In this document: piece by piece, positions 19,348 through 26,537 of the stretch
Numbering within the stretch: position 1 is the stretch's first letter
Layout: each line of letters starts with the position of its first letter
From: a virus
Lineage: Duplodnaviria; Caudoviricetes
IMG/VR virus record: IMGVR_UViG_3300005805_000272
Span: 1-32,829 of that record
Strand: one strand, 5' to 3'
Length of the DNA: 32,829 nucleotides
The notes under the pieces: model-generated
Seen by the model: the letters and a program-made list of their open reading frames with translations, nothing else
Database searches by the model: none
Told to the model about the DNA's origin: nothing
Position numbers and translations under genes: made by a program

Positions 19348-19475
19348 TTCTTCTTCTCGCCCTTCGGCTTCATCTTCTTGGCCGCAGCCTTCATCGCCAT
19401 GGCCTTACGCGCAGCAGCAGCATCCTTCATACCCTGCGCGTCATACGAAAACGTCTTACCATCAACCTTAGGCAT
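19344..19475 (-). CDS. 43-aa Lys/Ala-rich protein (not in ORF track)
   Basis: MPKVDGKTFSYDAQGMKDAAAARKAMAMKAAAKKMKPKGEKKK*; AAGGGA upstream; GTGA overlap with the next gene. Confidence 0.75.
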   Translation of the reverse strand: MPKVDGKTFSYDAQGMKDAAAARKAMAMKAAAKKMKPKGEKKK

Positions 19476-19501
19476 ATCTATTTCCCTTCCAGAAAAACCA
19501 A

Positions 19502-19708
19502 TCAACGAAACTTCATATTGTTCTTCTTAATATTCTTCAACAAAGCAGAAGCTATACCCCTTTTCTCACCACCAATACCCCCACCCATCGACTTTGAGGC
19601 AGATGGCGCAGTGGGAGCAGACGCCGTAGCACTAGATGCCGCAGCACCAGAAGTCCGAGAGCCAACCCTCTTCGAGACCTTCTTAACAGGAGGAGTCATT
19701 CTACGCAT
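19502..19708 (-). CDS. Small basic low-complexity protein
   Basis: 68 aa Lys/Ser/Ala-rich; fills the operon gap and overlaps the upstream stop. Confidence 0.6.
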   Translation of the reverse strand: MRRMTPPVKKVSKRVGSRTSGAAASSATASAPTAPSASKSMGGGIGGEKRGIASALLKNIKKNNMKFR

Positions 19709-19871
19709 CGCGTTTTCCCTTCATTGCAAGAGCCTGAAACTTCGCCTTACCATACTTCTTCCGACCAATAGCCGCAGCCAACGCCGCAGGGTCCTTGGCA
19801 CCACCCTTCTTCAACTCCTTGGTCAACGCCTTAAAACGTTCACCACTTCCCAAAGGAGGCTTCTTAGCCAT
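19701..19871 (-). CDS. 56-aa basic protein (not in ORF track)
   Basis: MAKKPPLGSGERFKALTKELKKGGAKDPAALAAAIGRKKYGKAKFQALAMKGKRDA*; TGATG coupling to the upstream gene. Confidence 0.75.
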   Translation of the reverse strand: MAKKPPLGSGERFKALTKELKKGGAKDPAALAAAIGRKKYGKAKFQALAMKGKRDA

Positions 19872-20206
19872 CACTTACCATCCCTCTTCTTTAGAGCACG
19901 ATAACGAGCCAATAAAGCACGACCCCTCGAAACCGCAGAAGCCTTGTCACCACCATGACCCCAAGCCTCCAACGATAACTTCAACCTCGTAGGACGACCC
20001 TTCTCATCCTTCAAAGGACCAGAAGCACTACCCATCCTCACAAGAAAACTACCCTTGCGACGCATCTCCTCAGGACCAGACGGAGCACCCTTCACAGGAG
20101 CCTTCAAATTACCACCAGTCTCCTTCTTATACGAAGCACGACCAGCAGCATTCAAACCACCACCAGGGTCCTGACCACCCTTCCTCTGCCACAACGGAGT
20201 AGCCAA
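19871..20206 (-). CDS. Basic protein (DUF6321-like)
   Basis: WQRKGGQDPGGGLNAAGRASY...NLKAPV...RRKGSFLVRM...PTRLKLSLEAW; probable TTG start at 20206 after GGGGA. Confidence 0.7.
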   Translation of the reverse strand: MATPLWQRKGGQDPGGGLNAAGRASYKKETGGNLKAPVKGAPSGPEEMRRKGSFLVRMGSASGPLKDEKGRPTRLKLSLEAWGHGGDKASAVSRGRALLARYRALKKRDGK

Positions 20207-20390
20207 AACACAATCCCCAATAAATCTCACCCCTAAAAAGACACACAATACACCCAGGGAGAATGGACTGATCGAACTTTGAGGGGGAAAAATATCTGGT
20301 GGGGACCTCGCTACCCTAAGTAGCTACAGTTTTTGACCCACCCCCTGTCAACTTACACACTAACCAACCACACTCTACAGTAGAATTGAT

Positions 20391-20804
20391 CTACCCCAAG
20401 TCAATCTTGATGCTCAAATCACCATCAATCTTGTGGTTCACACGCTCTGGAGGCCTCATACCAGACCGATCTAGGATGTCTTTTGCTGCCTCAAGCTTCA
20501 CATAATCAGACTTGGCTTTATCGATGAGCCCAACAATCGTTCCCAGAGCCTTTGGAGCAGCCAACCCGATTTGCTCAACTGTTCTCCTGTAGATTTCCTG
20601 CATAACCTGAGGCTTACGGAGAAGGACGTATGCGCTTTGGGCAGCGGTGTTCTCGCTGTAGCCTGCTGCTATTGCTGCTTTGCTTCCTACTCCACCGTTG
20701 GATATGTACTCATCCACGAACTTGTCTTGCAGTGAGGTTAGCTTGGACTGCACTGAGGGGATGGTTTCTATATCTACTGACTGGTCATTAGCGCGTCTTG
20801 GCAT
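20391..20804 (-). CDS. terS: Terminase small subunit
   Basis: LTSLQDKFVDEYI...AAIAAGYSENTA...LLRKPQV, plus VKLEAAKDILDRSG. Confidence 0.88.
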   Translation of the reverse strand: MPRRANDQSVDIETIPSVQSKLTSLQDKFVDEYISNGGVGSKAAIAAGYSENTAAQSAYVLLRKPQVMQEIYRRTVEQIGLAAPKALGTIVGLIDKAKSDYVKLEAAKDILDRSGMRPPERVNHKIDGDLSIKIDLG

Positions 20805-20874
20805 GTTACTGACCTCTTACCTGCATTCAGCTATGGCGAGATACATGTTGTGCTCCCCCCTGTCCCCCCTCGTA

Positions 20875-20903
20875 AGGGGTACTGAAATACCCTGTCAATG
20901 TAC
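20875..20903 (-). promoter_or_regulatory. Candidate leftward promoter for terS
   Basis: Minus strand GTACA-TTGACA (20898-20893); the -10 element is weak (TACGAG). Confidence 0.45.
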
Positions 20904-21007
20904 TGATTGAGGCATATTGTAACTATATTGCGCGTTTGACCACTTCTACATACTGAATGTTGCTCTTACGGGCTTCGATGAGGCTGATTTCCATTGGTCT
21001 GTGCTTT

Positions 21008-21242
21008 TTGTGTCTCTCTGGTGTCCTTCAGCCCCCCTTCCGTGCGCCTCTTTCCTTGCACCCACTCCCATCCTGTCAACCGACTTCCGTCCCGGCGTAC
21101 TCGCCATGCTCGCCCCAAGAGGGGCTGCGCGTGGCTCCGTGCGCTCGGGTCCCTCGAGAAGTCAGTTGCCTGGCTGTGAGCCTCGGGTGCTGCGGGAGGC
21201 TACCGGCAGGTGTTCTGCCGGACACACAAAGGAGAGATACAA
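21008..21242 (+). other. Long imperfect fold-back element upstream of the first early gene
   Basis: Eight or more nested complementary blocks with several G-T pairs (see findings). Confidence 0.7.
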
Positions 21243-21739
21243 TGAGCAAGAAGACCCGCGAAATCAGCCTGATCGAAGCCCTCCAGGTCATCGCGAATGA
21301 GTTGACTGATAAGGTTGTAGTGCAGAAAGACGGGGTTCCGACCGAGATCAATAGGTTGGCATACGCTCAGAAGCGCGTACTGAATGGCATCGCATACAGC
21401 ACCGCACTGACCCTCCAGCGCACCCAGCAAGACCTGGACGCAGCCAAGCAGAAGGTGATCGTAGCAGCCCGCGCACATCGCGGCGATGAGCTATCCGAGC
21501 TGGCACTGAACCGCGCAATCGACTGGGCCGAACGCCTGGAGCTCCAGGAAGCTACCCTCTCCAACCTACTCACCCTCTCTACCGAGGTGTACACACACCA
21601 CACGGGCGAGGAGTTCCAGGCTCCTGCGGTTCGCCCCCAAGCCCAGAAGGAGTTCTCCACTCAGGCGATGGAACGCGCCAAGCGCTTCGCCATCGGCTCC
21701 TCCGAAGTCACCCAAGCCGGTGGGGTGGAGGCCGCATAG
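21242..21739 (+). CDS. Hypothetical early protein (165 aa, predicted helical)
   Basis: ATG 21242 with AAGGAG RBS; GC3-rich codons; followed by a terminator. Confidence 0.75.
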   Translation: MSKKTREISLIEALQVIANELTDKVVVQKDGVPTEINRLAYAQKRVLNGIAYSTALTLQRTQQDLDAAKQKVIVAARAHRGDELSELALNRAIDWAERLELQEATLSNLLTLSTEVYTHHTGEEFQAPAVRPQAQKEFSTQAMERAKRFAIGSSEVTQAGGVEAA

Positions 21740-21752
21740 GCCCCACCTCTAC

Positions 21753-21784
21753 AGCCCCAGGCTCACTCGGGCCTGGGGTTTTCT
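21753..21784 (+). terminator. Intrinsic terminator
   Basis: agccccaggctc-actc-gggcctggggtt followed by ttct. Confidence 0.7.
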
Positions 21785-21798
21785 CTGACATTTCCAAC

Positions 21799-21827
21799 TT
21801 GACACTACTGCACAAAGGCAGTAGCCT
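21799..21827 (+). promoter_or_regulatory. Sigma70-type promoter with palindromic operator in the spacer
   Basis: TTGACA-17-TAGCCT; CTACTGC-N6-GCAGTAG at 21805-21824. Confidence 0.75.
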
Positions 21828-21847
21828 ACATCTTAGGAGGTAAGACC

Positions 21848-21952
21848 ATGCCCAACAGTATCCTGGACGCCCTCGCCCTCGCCTTTGGTGGAGCGGCCTT
21901 CGCCTTCTTCATCTGGTTCGTGCTTAGCGCCGGCTGGATTTTTCTAGCCTGA
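21848..21952 (+). CDS. 34-aa hydrophobic membrane peptide (not in ORF track)
   Basis: AGGAGG RBS; MPNSILDALALAFGGAAFAFFIWFVLSAGWIFLA*. Confidence 0.7.
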   Translation: MPNSILDALALAFGGAAFAFFIWFVLSAGWIFLA

Positions 21953-21991
21953 AAAAGCAGGCCATCGTCAACTCAACAAAGGAGCAACCAA

Positions 21992-22300
21992 ATGTCATCT
22001 CATTCTCACTTCATCGTGATCCGCCCCACCTTTGGGTCTATCATGATCCTTCCAGCTACGCCCGAGAACATGAAGGCGTACGTCACTGTCTTCAAAGCGG
22101 AGCACTGCTTCCGTAGCTTGGGCTATAAAGAGTACATCCCAGGCGTTGCCCATGATTGGCCGGAAGCTGAGGTCGTAACCGCAGCGACAGTCAATGAGTG
22201 GCTAGCCGCAGGCGCAGCAAAAAAGCAGGCAGAAGAAGCAAAGGAAGAAGCTGCCAAGCAAGCTAATTATCTCATCGAAAATGAAGAGCCAGTGTCATGA
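21992..22300 (+). CDS. Hypothetical protein
   Basis: AAGGAG RBS; 102 aa. Confidence 0.7.
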   Translation: MSSHSHFIVIRPTFGSIMILPATPENMKAYVTVFKAEHCFRSLGYKEYIPGVAHDWPEAEVVTAATVNEWLAAGAAKKQAEEAKEEAAKQANYLIENEEPVS

Positions 22301-22500
22301 TTATTGGGAGCAAACAGATTGCAAATAAACCTGACACTCCCGGTATGTTAAGGGCTCGCATTGCTGTGAGGTTGGAGCTTGCACGACAAGCTCACCCTGA
22401 GTCGCACGAATACATGCGGCTCATGCAGCAGACAGCCCAGCTAGAGAGGCAGCTCTATGACATGGAACAATCCATCTCATTGAAGGGCCAACCATTCTAG
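22297..22500 (+). CDS. Hypothetical protein
   Basis: ATGA overlap with the upstream gene; 67 aa, helical. Confidence 0.65.
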   Translation: MIIGSKQIANKPDTPGMLRARIAVRLELARQAHPESHEYMRLMQQTAQLERQLYDMEQSISLKGQPF

Positions 22501-22502
22501 GC

Positions 22503-22531
22503 TTGTCCAAACTGCATTGAGGCAGTATCCA
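22503..22531 (+). promoter_or_regulatory. Promoter with operator upstream of the Cro-like gene
   Basis: TTGTCC-17-TATCCA; ACTGC-N6-GCAGT at 22511-22526. Confidence 0.6.
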
Positions 22532-22555
22532 GCAGGCAGAAAGGAGCCTGCCTCA

Positions 22556-22798
22556 ATGTTGATAAACTACATGGAGCAACTCAAGCGCATGGCGAGGGAT
22601 AAGAATGTCAACCTCAAGCAAGCCTTCGTTGCAGCCGGAATCCCTGATAGCACCTACTACCGAGCTCTCACTGGGGGCCGAAGCCTCCGCTTCCCCACGG
22701 CAGAGAAGGTCGCTGGCTATTTGGGTGAACAGGATAGAGGTACCTCGCAAGGTACATTCGACGGCACTGACCCAGACAGAGAGCCAGTTCTATCGTGA
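22556..22798 (+). CDS. Cro/XRE-like HTH regulator
   Basis: LKQAFVAAGIPDSTYYRAL.G...LRFPTAEKV; ATG 22556 with AAGGAG RBS. Confidence 0.75.
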   Translation: MLINYMEQLKRMARDKNVNLKQAFVAAGIPDSTYYRALTGGRSLRFPTAEKVAGYLGEQDRGTSQGTFDGTDPDREPVLS

Positions 22799-23024
22799 GA
22801 TAATCGCAAAGCTGGTTGTCACCAGAAAGATAAGGGGCATAAGTCAGGATGAATTATGCTCCATTCTTGGAGTGTCAGAAGCCCTCGTAAATAAGTGGGA
22901 GTCTGGTGCCAAACTACCTGGCTGCTTCTGGCTTATGTGCTGGTGTGTAGCACTCGGTCTTAGACTTACGATTGAGGACGCCGATGAAGTACAAGAAGAT
23001 CACAGTAAGCGCAGCTCGCGTTGA
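22725..23024 (+). CDS. XRE-family HTH protein
   Basis: RKIRGISQDELCSILGVSEALVNKWESGAKLP; probable GTG start at 22725. Confidence 0.8.
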   Translation: MNRIEVPRKVHSTALTQTESQFYREIIAKLVVTRKIRGISQDELCSILGVSEALVNKWESGAKLPGCFWLMCWCVALGLRLTIEDADEVQEDHSKRSSR

Positions 23025-23421
23025 GCGTGGACTTACCAAGGTTCCCTTCAATGGGAGGAAGGGTAAGTACAATGCACAAGGTGAACACGTTGACGGTTAC
23101 TGGTTTGCCTCCGCATCTGAGGCAAAGAGGTATCGGCAACTCAAACAGATGCTCGATGAGGGAATGATCGAAGCCCTCGAGATGCAACCAAAGTACGCCA
23201 TCGCTATCAATGGCAAGCCAATCACAACCTATCGTGGTGACTTTCGATACGGCGTTCTCGATGAACGCAAGCGGATCGAACGTGTGGTTGTCGAAGATGT
23301 AAAGGGTATGGTCACTGATGTGTATGCCCTTAAAAAGAAACTGGTCGAAGCCTTGTATGAAATTAAGATCAGGGAAATCCCAGCAAAGGAGATACATAAA
23401 TGGGAACAGAAAGTAGGGTAA
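22984..23421 (+). CDS. DUF1064-type PD-(D/E)xK nuclease (possible resolvase)
   Basis: KYNA....VDGYWFAS..EAKRY, YRGDFRY and VVEDVKG..TDVYALKKKL motifs. Confidence 0.8.
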   Translation: MKYKKITVSAARVERGLTKVPFNGRKGKYNAQGEHVDGYWFASASEAKRYRQLKQMLDEGMIEALEMQPKYAIAINGKPITTYRGDFRYGVLDERKRIERVVVEDVKGMVTDVYALKKKLVEALYEIKIREIPAKEIHKWEQKVG

Positions 23422-23726
23422 GAAAGAAAGACAAGAAAGCCCATCGGTTACCAGAGGAATGGAAGCCGAGAGAAGAGGATATAATCTGGGCAAAGGAGCA
23501 GCATCCAAATGTCAACGCAGAGTTTGAGACCCATAAGTTCCGTGATTACTGGCGTGGCACGGGCGGCACGAAGCTCGACTGGGATGCAACGTGGCGAAAC
23601 TGGATACGCCGATCATTCGCACAGCAACGGCCACAACGATCTGTATTTGCCAACTCCTCCAGTGTGGCTGAGGCAAACCGTCAACGACTCGACGAATTAT
23701 TTAGTGAGCTCAATCCTCAGGAATAA
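23400..23726 (+). CDS. DnaT-like / replication-initiator C-terminal domain protein
   Basis: RLPEEWKP...KFRDYW......KLDWDATWRNWIRR; AAGGAG RBS. Confidence 0.75.
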   Translation: MGTESRVRKKDKKAHRLPEEWKPREEDIIWAKEQHPNVNAEFETHKFRDYWRGTGGTKLDWDATWRNWIRRSFAQQRPQRSVFANSSSVAEANRQRLDELFSELNPQE

Positions 23727-24093
23727 AAGACCACCTGATGGAGTGAGCGTTGAGCAGGCGAAGCTGGATCTTTCGCCCGCCCTGCACGATGCGAGGCGGG
23801 CTCAAGCTCCCGCTTCGCTGGAGGAAATAGCCGGAGCCTTGGAAGGTATAGCCCAAGTATTTAGGGCAAGCCTGCCAGAAAAGACCGGCCTCAAAATCTA
23901 CATCTCAGTTCTTCAAGACCTACCAAGGGTAGCATTCAAGGAAGCATGTAGGGAAGTTGTACGTACACACAAGTATCCCAACATGCCGCTGCCCTCACAG
24001 TTTATTGAAGCAGCAGAGACACCAAAAGAACGCATTGTCTTTTGGTTAGAGCGTTTGGAAAATGCCAACAAACTATTGACAAGAATACCGTAA
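23509..24093 (+). CDS. Putative helicase loader-like replication protein (start 23509 or 23704)
   Basis: IYISVLQDLP..AFKEAC.......MPLPSQF resembles phage loader-type proteins; follows the initiator-like gene. Confidence 0.55.
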   Translation: MSTQSLRPISSVITGVARAARSSTGMQRGETGYADHSHSNGHNDLYLPTPPVWLRQTVNDSTNYLVSSILRNKRPPDGVSVEQAKLDLSPALHDARRAQAPASLEEIAGALEGIAQVFRASLPEKTGLKIYISVLQDLPRVAFKEACREVVRTHKYPNMPLPSQFIEAAETPKERIVFWLERLENANKLLTRIP

Positions 24094-24109
24094 GCTGCAA
24101 TAGTGCAGC
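24076..24109 (+). promoter_or_regulatory. Promoter/operator upstream of the recombination module
   Basis: TTGACA 24076-24081; GCTGC-N6-GCAGC at 24094-24109 covers the expected -10 region. Confidence 0.55.
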
Positions 24110-24126
24110 ATACAAAGGAGAGCAAC

Positions 24127-24948
24127 ATGGCACTTACATTCACAGCAATGCAAACGCTGAACCGATCTCGTGGGATTGGTGGATCAGACGCTGGCCGTAT
24201 CATGCGGGGCGAGTGGCTTGATCTCTACCTTGAGAAGGTTGGGGAGAAGCAGCCGGAAGATTTGTCTGGCATCTTCCGGGTTCAGCTTGGCACCAGGACA
24301 GAGCAGTTCCATGCCGAGTGGTTTGCTCGCATGACTGCCTTCGATGTCATTGATCCACCCCCATTCTTCGAGCATCCCGAGCACAAGTTTATGTTCGGCC
24401 ATGTGGATCGGTGGATCAGAGAGCACGATACATTCGTCGAGCTCAAGCACAGCAGCAACAATGCCAATGTCTGGGATAAGACACGGTATTACATGCCGCA
24501 GCTCCAGCATTATCTGGCCGTGACTCAGCGCCAGTTCTGCTACTTCTCCGTGATCCGTGGCAATGACGAGCCCGCCTACTGCAAGGTGGACCGTGATCAG
24601 GAATACATTGATCGGCTCATCGAGCTAGAGCAATCCTTCTGGTGGCATGTCGAGAACAAGACTGCCCCTGACATTATCCCAACAGCCACCATTGAGAGGG
24701 CAGCAAAGCTCCAAGAGCAGGTGAAGGTTGATGGGATGCGGGTTGCTGACATGACCAGCAGCAATGCCTGGGCCAACGCAGCGAAGGACTACACCGCTAG
24801 CCAAGAGGCGGCAAAGCTCTTTGACCAGGCCAAGGACCAACTCAAGGAGCTGGTGGGGGATGACGTAGGCGAAGCCTACGGTCATGGTATCAGCATCAAG
24901 CGAGACAAGAGAGGGCGCTTGCTATTCAAGGCAGCGAAGGGGGATTGA
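24127..24948 (+). CDS. YqaJ-like (lambda exonuclease family) recombination nuclease
   Basis: RSRGIGGSDA, GHVD, VELK and YYMPQLQHYL motifs; AAGGAG RBS. Confidence 0.9.
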   Translation: MALTFTAMQTLNRSRGIGGSDAGRIMRGEWLDLYLEKVGEKQPEDLSGIFRVQLGTRTEQFHAEWFARMTAFDVIDPPPFFEHPEHKFMFGHVDRWIREHDTFVELKHSSNNANVWDKTRYYMPQLQHYLAVTQRQFCYFSVIRGNDEPAYCKVDRDQEYIDRLIELEQSFWWHVENKTAPDIIPTATIERAAKLQEQVKVDGMRVADMTSSNAWANAAKDYTASQEAAKLFDQAKDQLKELVGDDVGEAYGHGISIKRDKRGRLLFKAAKGD

Positions 24949-25298
24949 CGTACATGACATACCAACAGGCCCTTCAATTCTATGGCGGGTACAATCGCCA
25001 TAGGACAGAGGATCGTGCCACCAGCGTAGAGGCAGCACATGCCGTTACGCCAGACATTACAGAGATACAGCTCGAGGTGCTGAGGTTTGCAAAGCAGGCT
25101 GGAAAGCATGGCTTTACAGATGTCGATCTCAACGAACACTTCAATGCGCGTGGCTCAACCTACCGCACACGCCGCAGTGAGCTCACCAATATGGAGCTCA
25201 TTCTCCCAACCAATGCAACCAGAACCTACGCCCCATCCAAAAGGCGGCACATGATCTGGGTGCATCACACATACAAAGAAGGAATCCTCGATGTCTAA
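24945..25298 (+). CDS. Winged-helix DNA-binding protein (putative)
   Basis: D..TS.EAA...GFTDVDL.......STYRTRRSEL...MIWV pattern; start may be ATG 24954. Confidence 0.65.
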   Translation: MTYMTYQQALQFYGGYNRHRTEDRATSVEAAHAVTPDITEIQLEVLRFAKQAGKHGFTDVDLNEHFNARGSTYRTRRSELTNMELILPTNATRTYAPSKRRHMIWVHHTYKEGILDV

Positions 25299-25854
25299 GA
25301 ACCTACACCAACGGATTGCCGCTGCAATGCAGAAGGTAACCTACATCCAGAAGGAGAAGAAGCAGGGGATGCGTTACTCTATCGTGTCGCACGATAGCGT
25401 GACTGCCAAGGTTCGCCCTGCCCTACTGGAAGAGGGTGTTATCTACTATCCGATTAGTCTTGAATATGACCAGCAAGGCAATCGTACATCCTGCAAAATC
25501 CGCATGATCTTTGTCAATGTGGATGAGCCAGATGATACCCTCTATGTCGAGAGCTTTGGCTACGGCATTGACGATCAGGACAAAGGCCCAGGTAAGGCAA
25601 TGTCCTACGCAGTGAAGTACGCCCTACTCAAGACGCTCGGTCTCGAGACGGGCGACGATCCTGATGAGGATCAGAACGCAGTCTATCATAACCCTGTGGT
25701 TGCTGTGCTTGAGACTGCAATCGGTCTGGTGGTTGATGCTGCCACGCTCAACGAGTGTGCTGCCGAGATCAAGAAGCACGCAACCTCTCTGGCACCAGCC
25801 GATTTGGCACGGCTGCGCCAGCTCTATGCTGCCAAGTCTAAGGAGTTTTCATGA
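25291..25854 (+). CDS. erf: ERF-family single-strand annealing protein
   Basis: GYGIDDQDKGPGKAMSYAVKYALLKTLGLETGDDPD matches the ERF signature. Confidence 0.88.
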   Translation: MSKNLHQRIAAAMQKVTYIQKEKKQGMRYSIVSHDSVTAKVRPALLEEGVIYYPISLEYDQQGNRTSCKIRMIFVNVDEPDDTLYVESFGYGIDDQDKGPGKAMSYAVKYALLKTLGLETGDDPDEDQNAVYHNPVVAVLETAIGLVVDAATLNECAAEIKKHATSLAPADLARLRQLYAAKSKEFS

Positions 25855-26099
25855 GCTACATTCGAGTGAAGGTGGATAAGCATGTCCCCATGCCTGACAA
25901 GATAAAGGGAAAGGGTAGGCCAAAGGGTGCCTACAAGTATCCCTTTCATGAGCTGGATGTTGGGGACTCCTTCTTCATCGGTGATGCAAAGGATGGAACA
26001 ATTGCCCAAGCTATCTACAGGGCTCAGCGTCTTTTCCCTAATCGTCGTTTCGTAATGGCGGTGCTCGAAGGTGGCATTCGCGTTTGGAGGAAAGAGTAA
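25851..26099 (+). CDS. Small conserved phage protein (YPF..L.VGDSFF / GIRVWR type)
   Basis: 82 aa; translationally coupled on both sides. Confidence 0.7.
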   Translation: MSYIRVKVDKHVPMPDKIKGKGRPKGAYKYPFHELDVGDSFFIGDAKDGTIAQAIYRAQRLFPNRRFVMAVLEGGIRVWRKE

Positions 26100-26497
26100 T
26101 GCTCGCACAAGTCACATTGATTGGGAACCTTGGTAAGCCTGTCGAGGTTCGTAACACCACAAGTGGGAGCAAGGTTGCATCCTTCTCCCTGGCAACCACA
26201 CGCTACGAGAAGGGTGGCAAGAAAACCCTTTGGGTAAACGTGGTGTGCTGGGATGAGAAGAAGATTGATCTTCTCGAAAGCTATACCGACAAGGGTAGCA
26301 AGTTAATGGTGATCGGGGATCTGAACATCCGCGAGTACCAAAGCAAAGACGGGCAGACCAAGTATGCAACAGAGGTTGTGATCGGCAAGTTCGGTGGGCA
26401 ACTCGGCCTTCTGGATCGGAAGGATGAGAAAGATACTGGCCCAGCCAGGGAGAGGAAGGCACTTGATGCTGACCTCGGAGATGAGGTTCCATTCTAA
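26099..26497 (+). CDS. ssb: Single-stranded DNA-binding protein
   Basis: VTLIGNLGK..EVR, FSLAT, KGSKLMVIGDL..R.Y and acidic DEVPF tail. Confidence 0.93.
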   Translation: MLAQVTLIGNLGKPVEVRNTTSGSKVASFSLATTRYEKGGKKTLWVNVVCWDEKKIDLLESYTDKGSKLMVIGDLNIREYQSKDGQTKYATEVVIGKFGGQLGLLDRKDEKDTGPARERKALDADLGDEVPF

Positions 26498-26499
26498 CC

Positions 26500-26521
26500 A
26501 AGGGGGCGCAAGCCCCCTTTT
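26500..26521 (+). terminator. GCAA-loop hairpin between ssb and ardC (terminator-like)
   Basis: aagggggc-gcaa-gccccctt followed by tt. Confidence 0.6.
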
Positions 26522-26537
26522 CTATAGGAGGACAACC

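Noticed and set aside
20957-21241. 95-aa N-terminal extension of the 20957..21739 ORF and other ORFs overlapping this region
   Set aside because: The strong RBS is at ATG 21242; the upstream sequence is better explained as a structured non-coding element.
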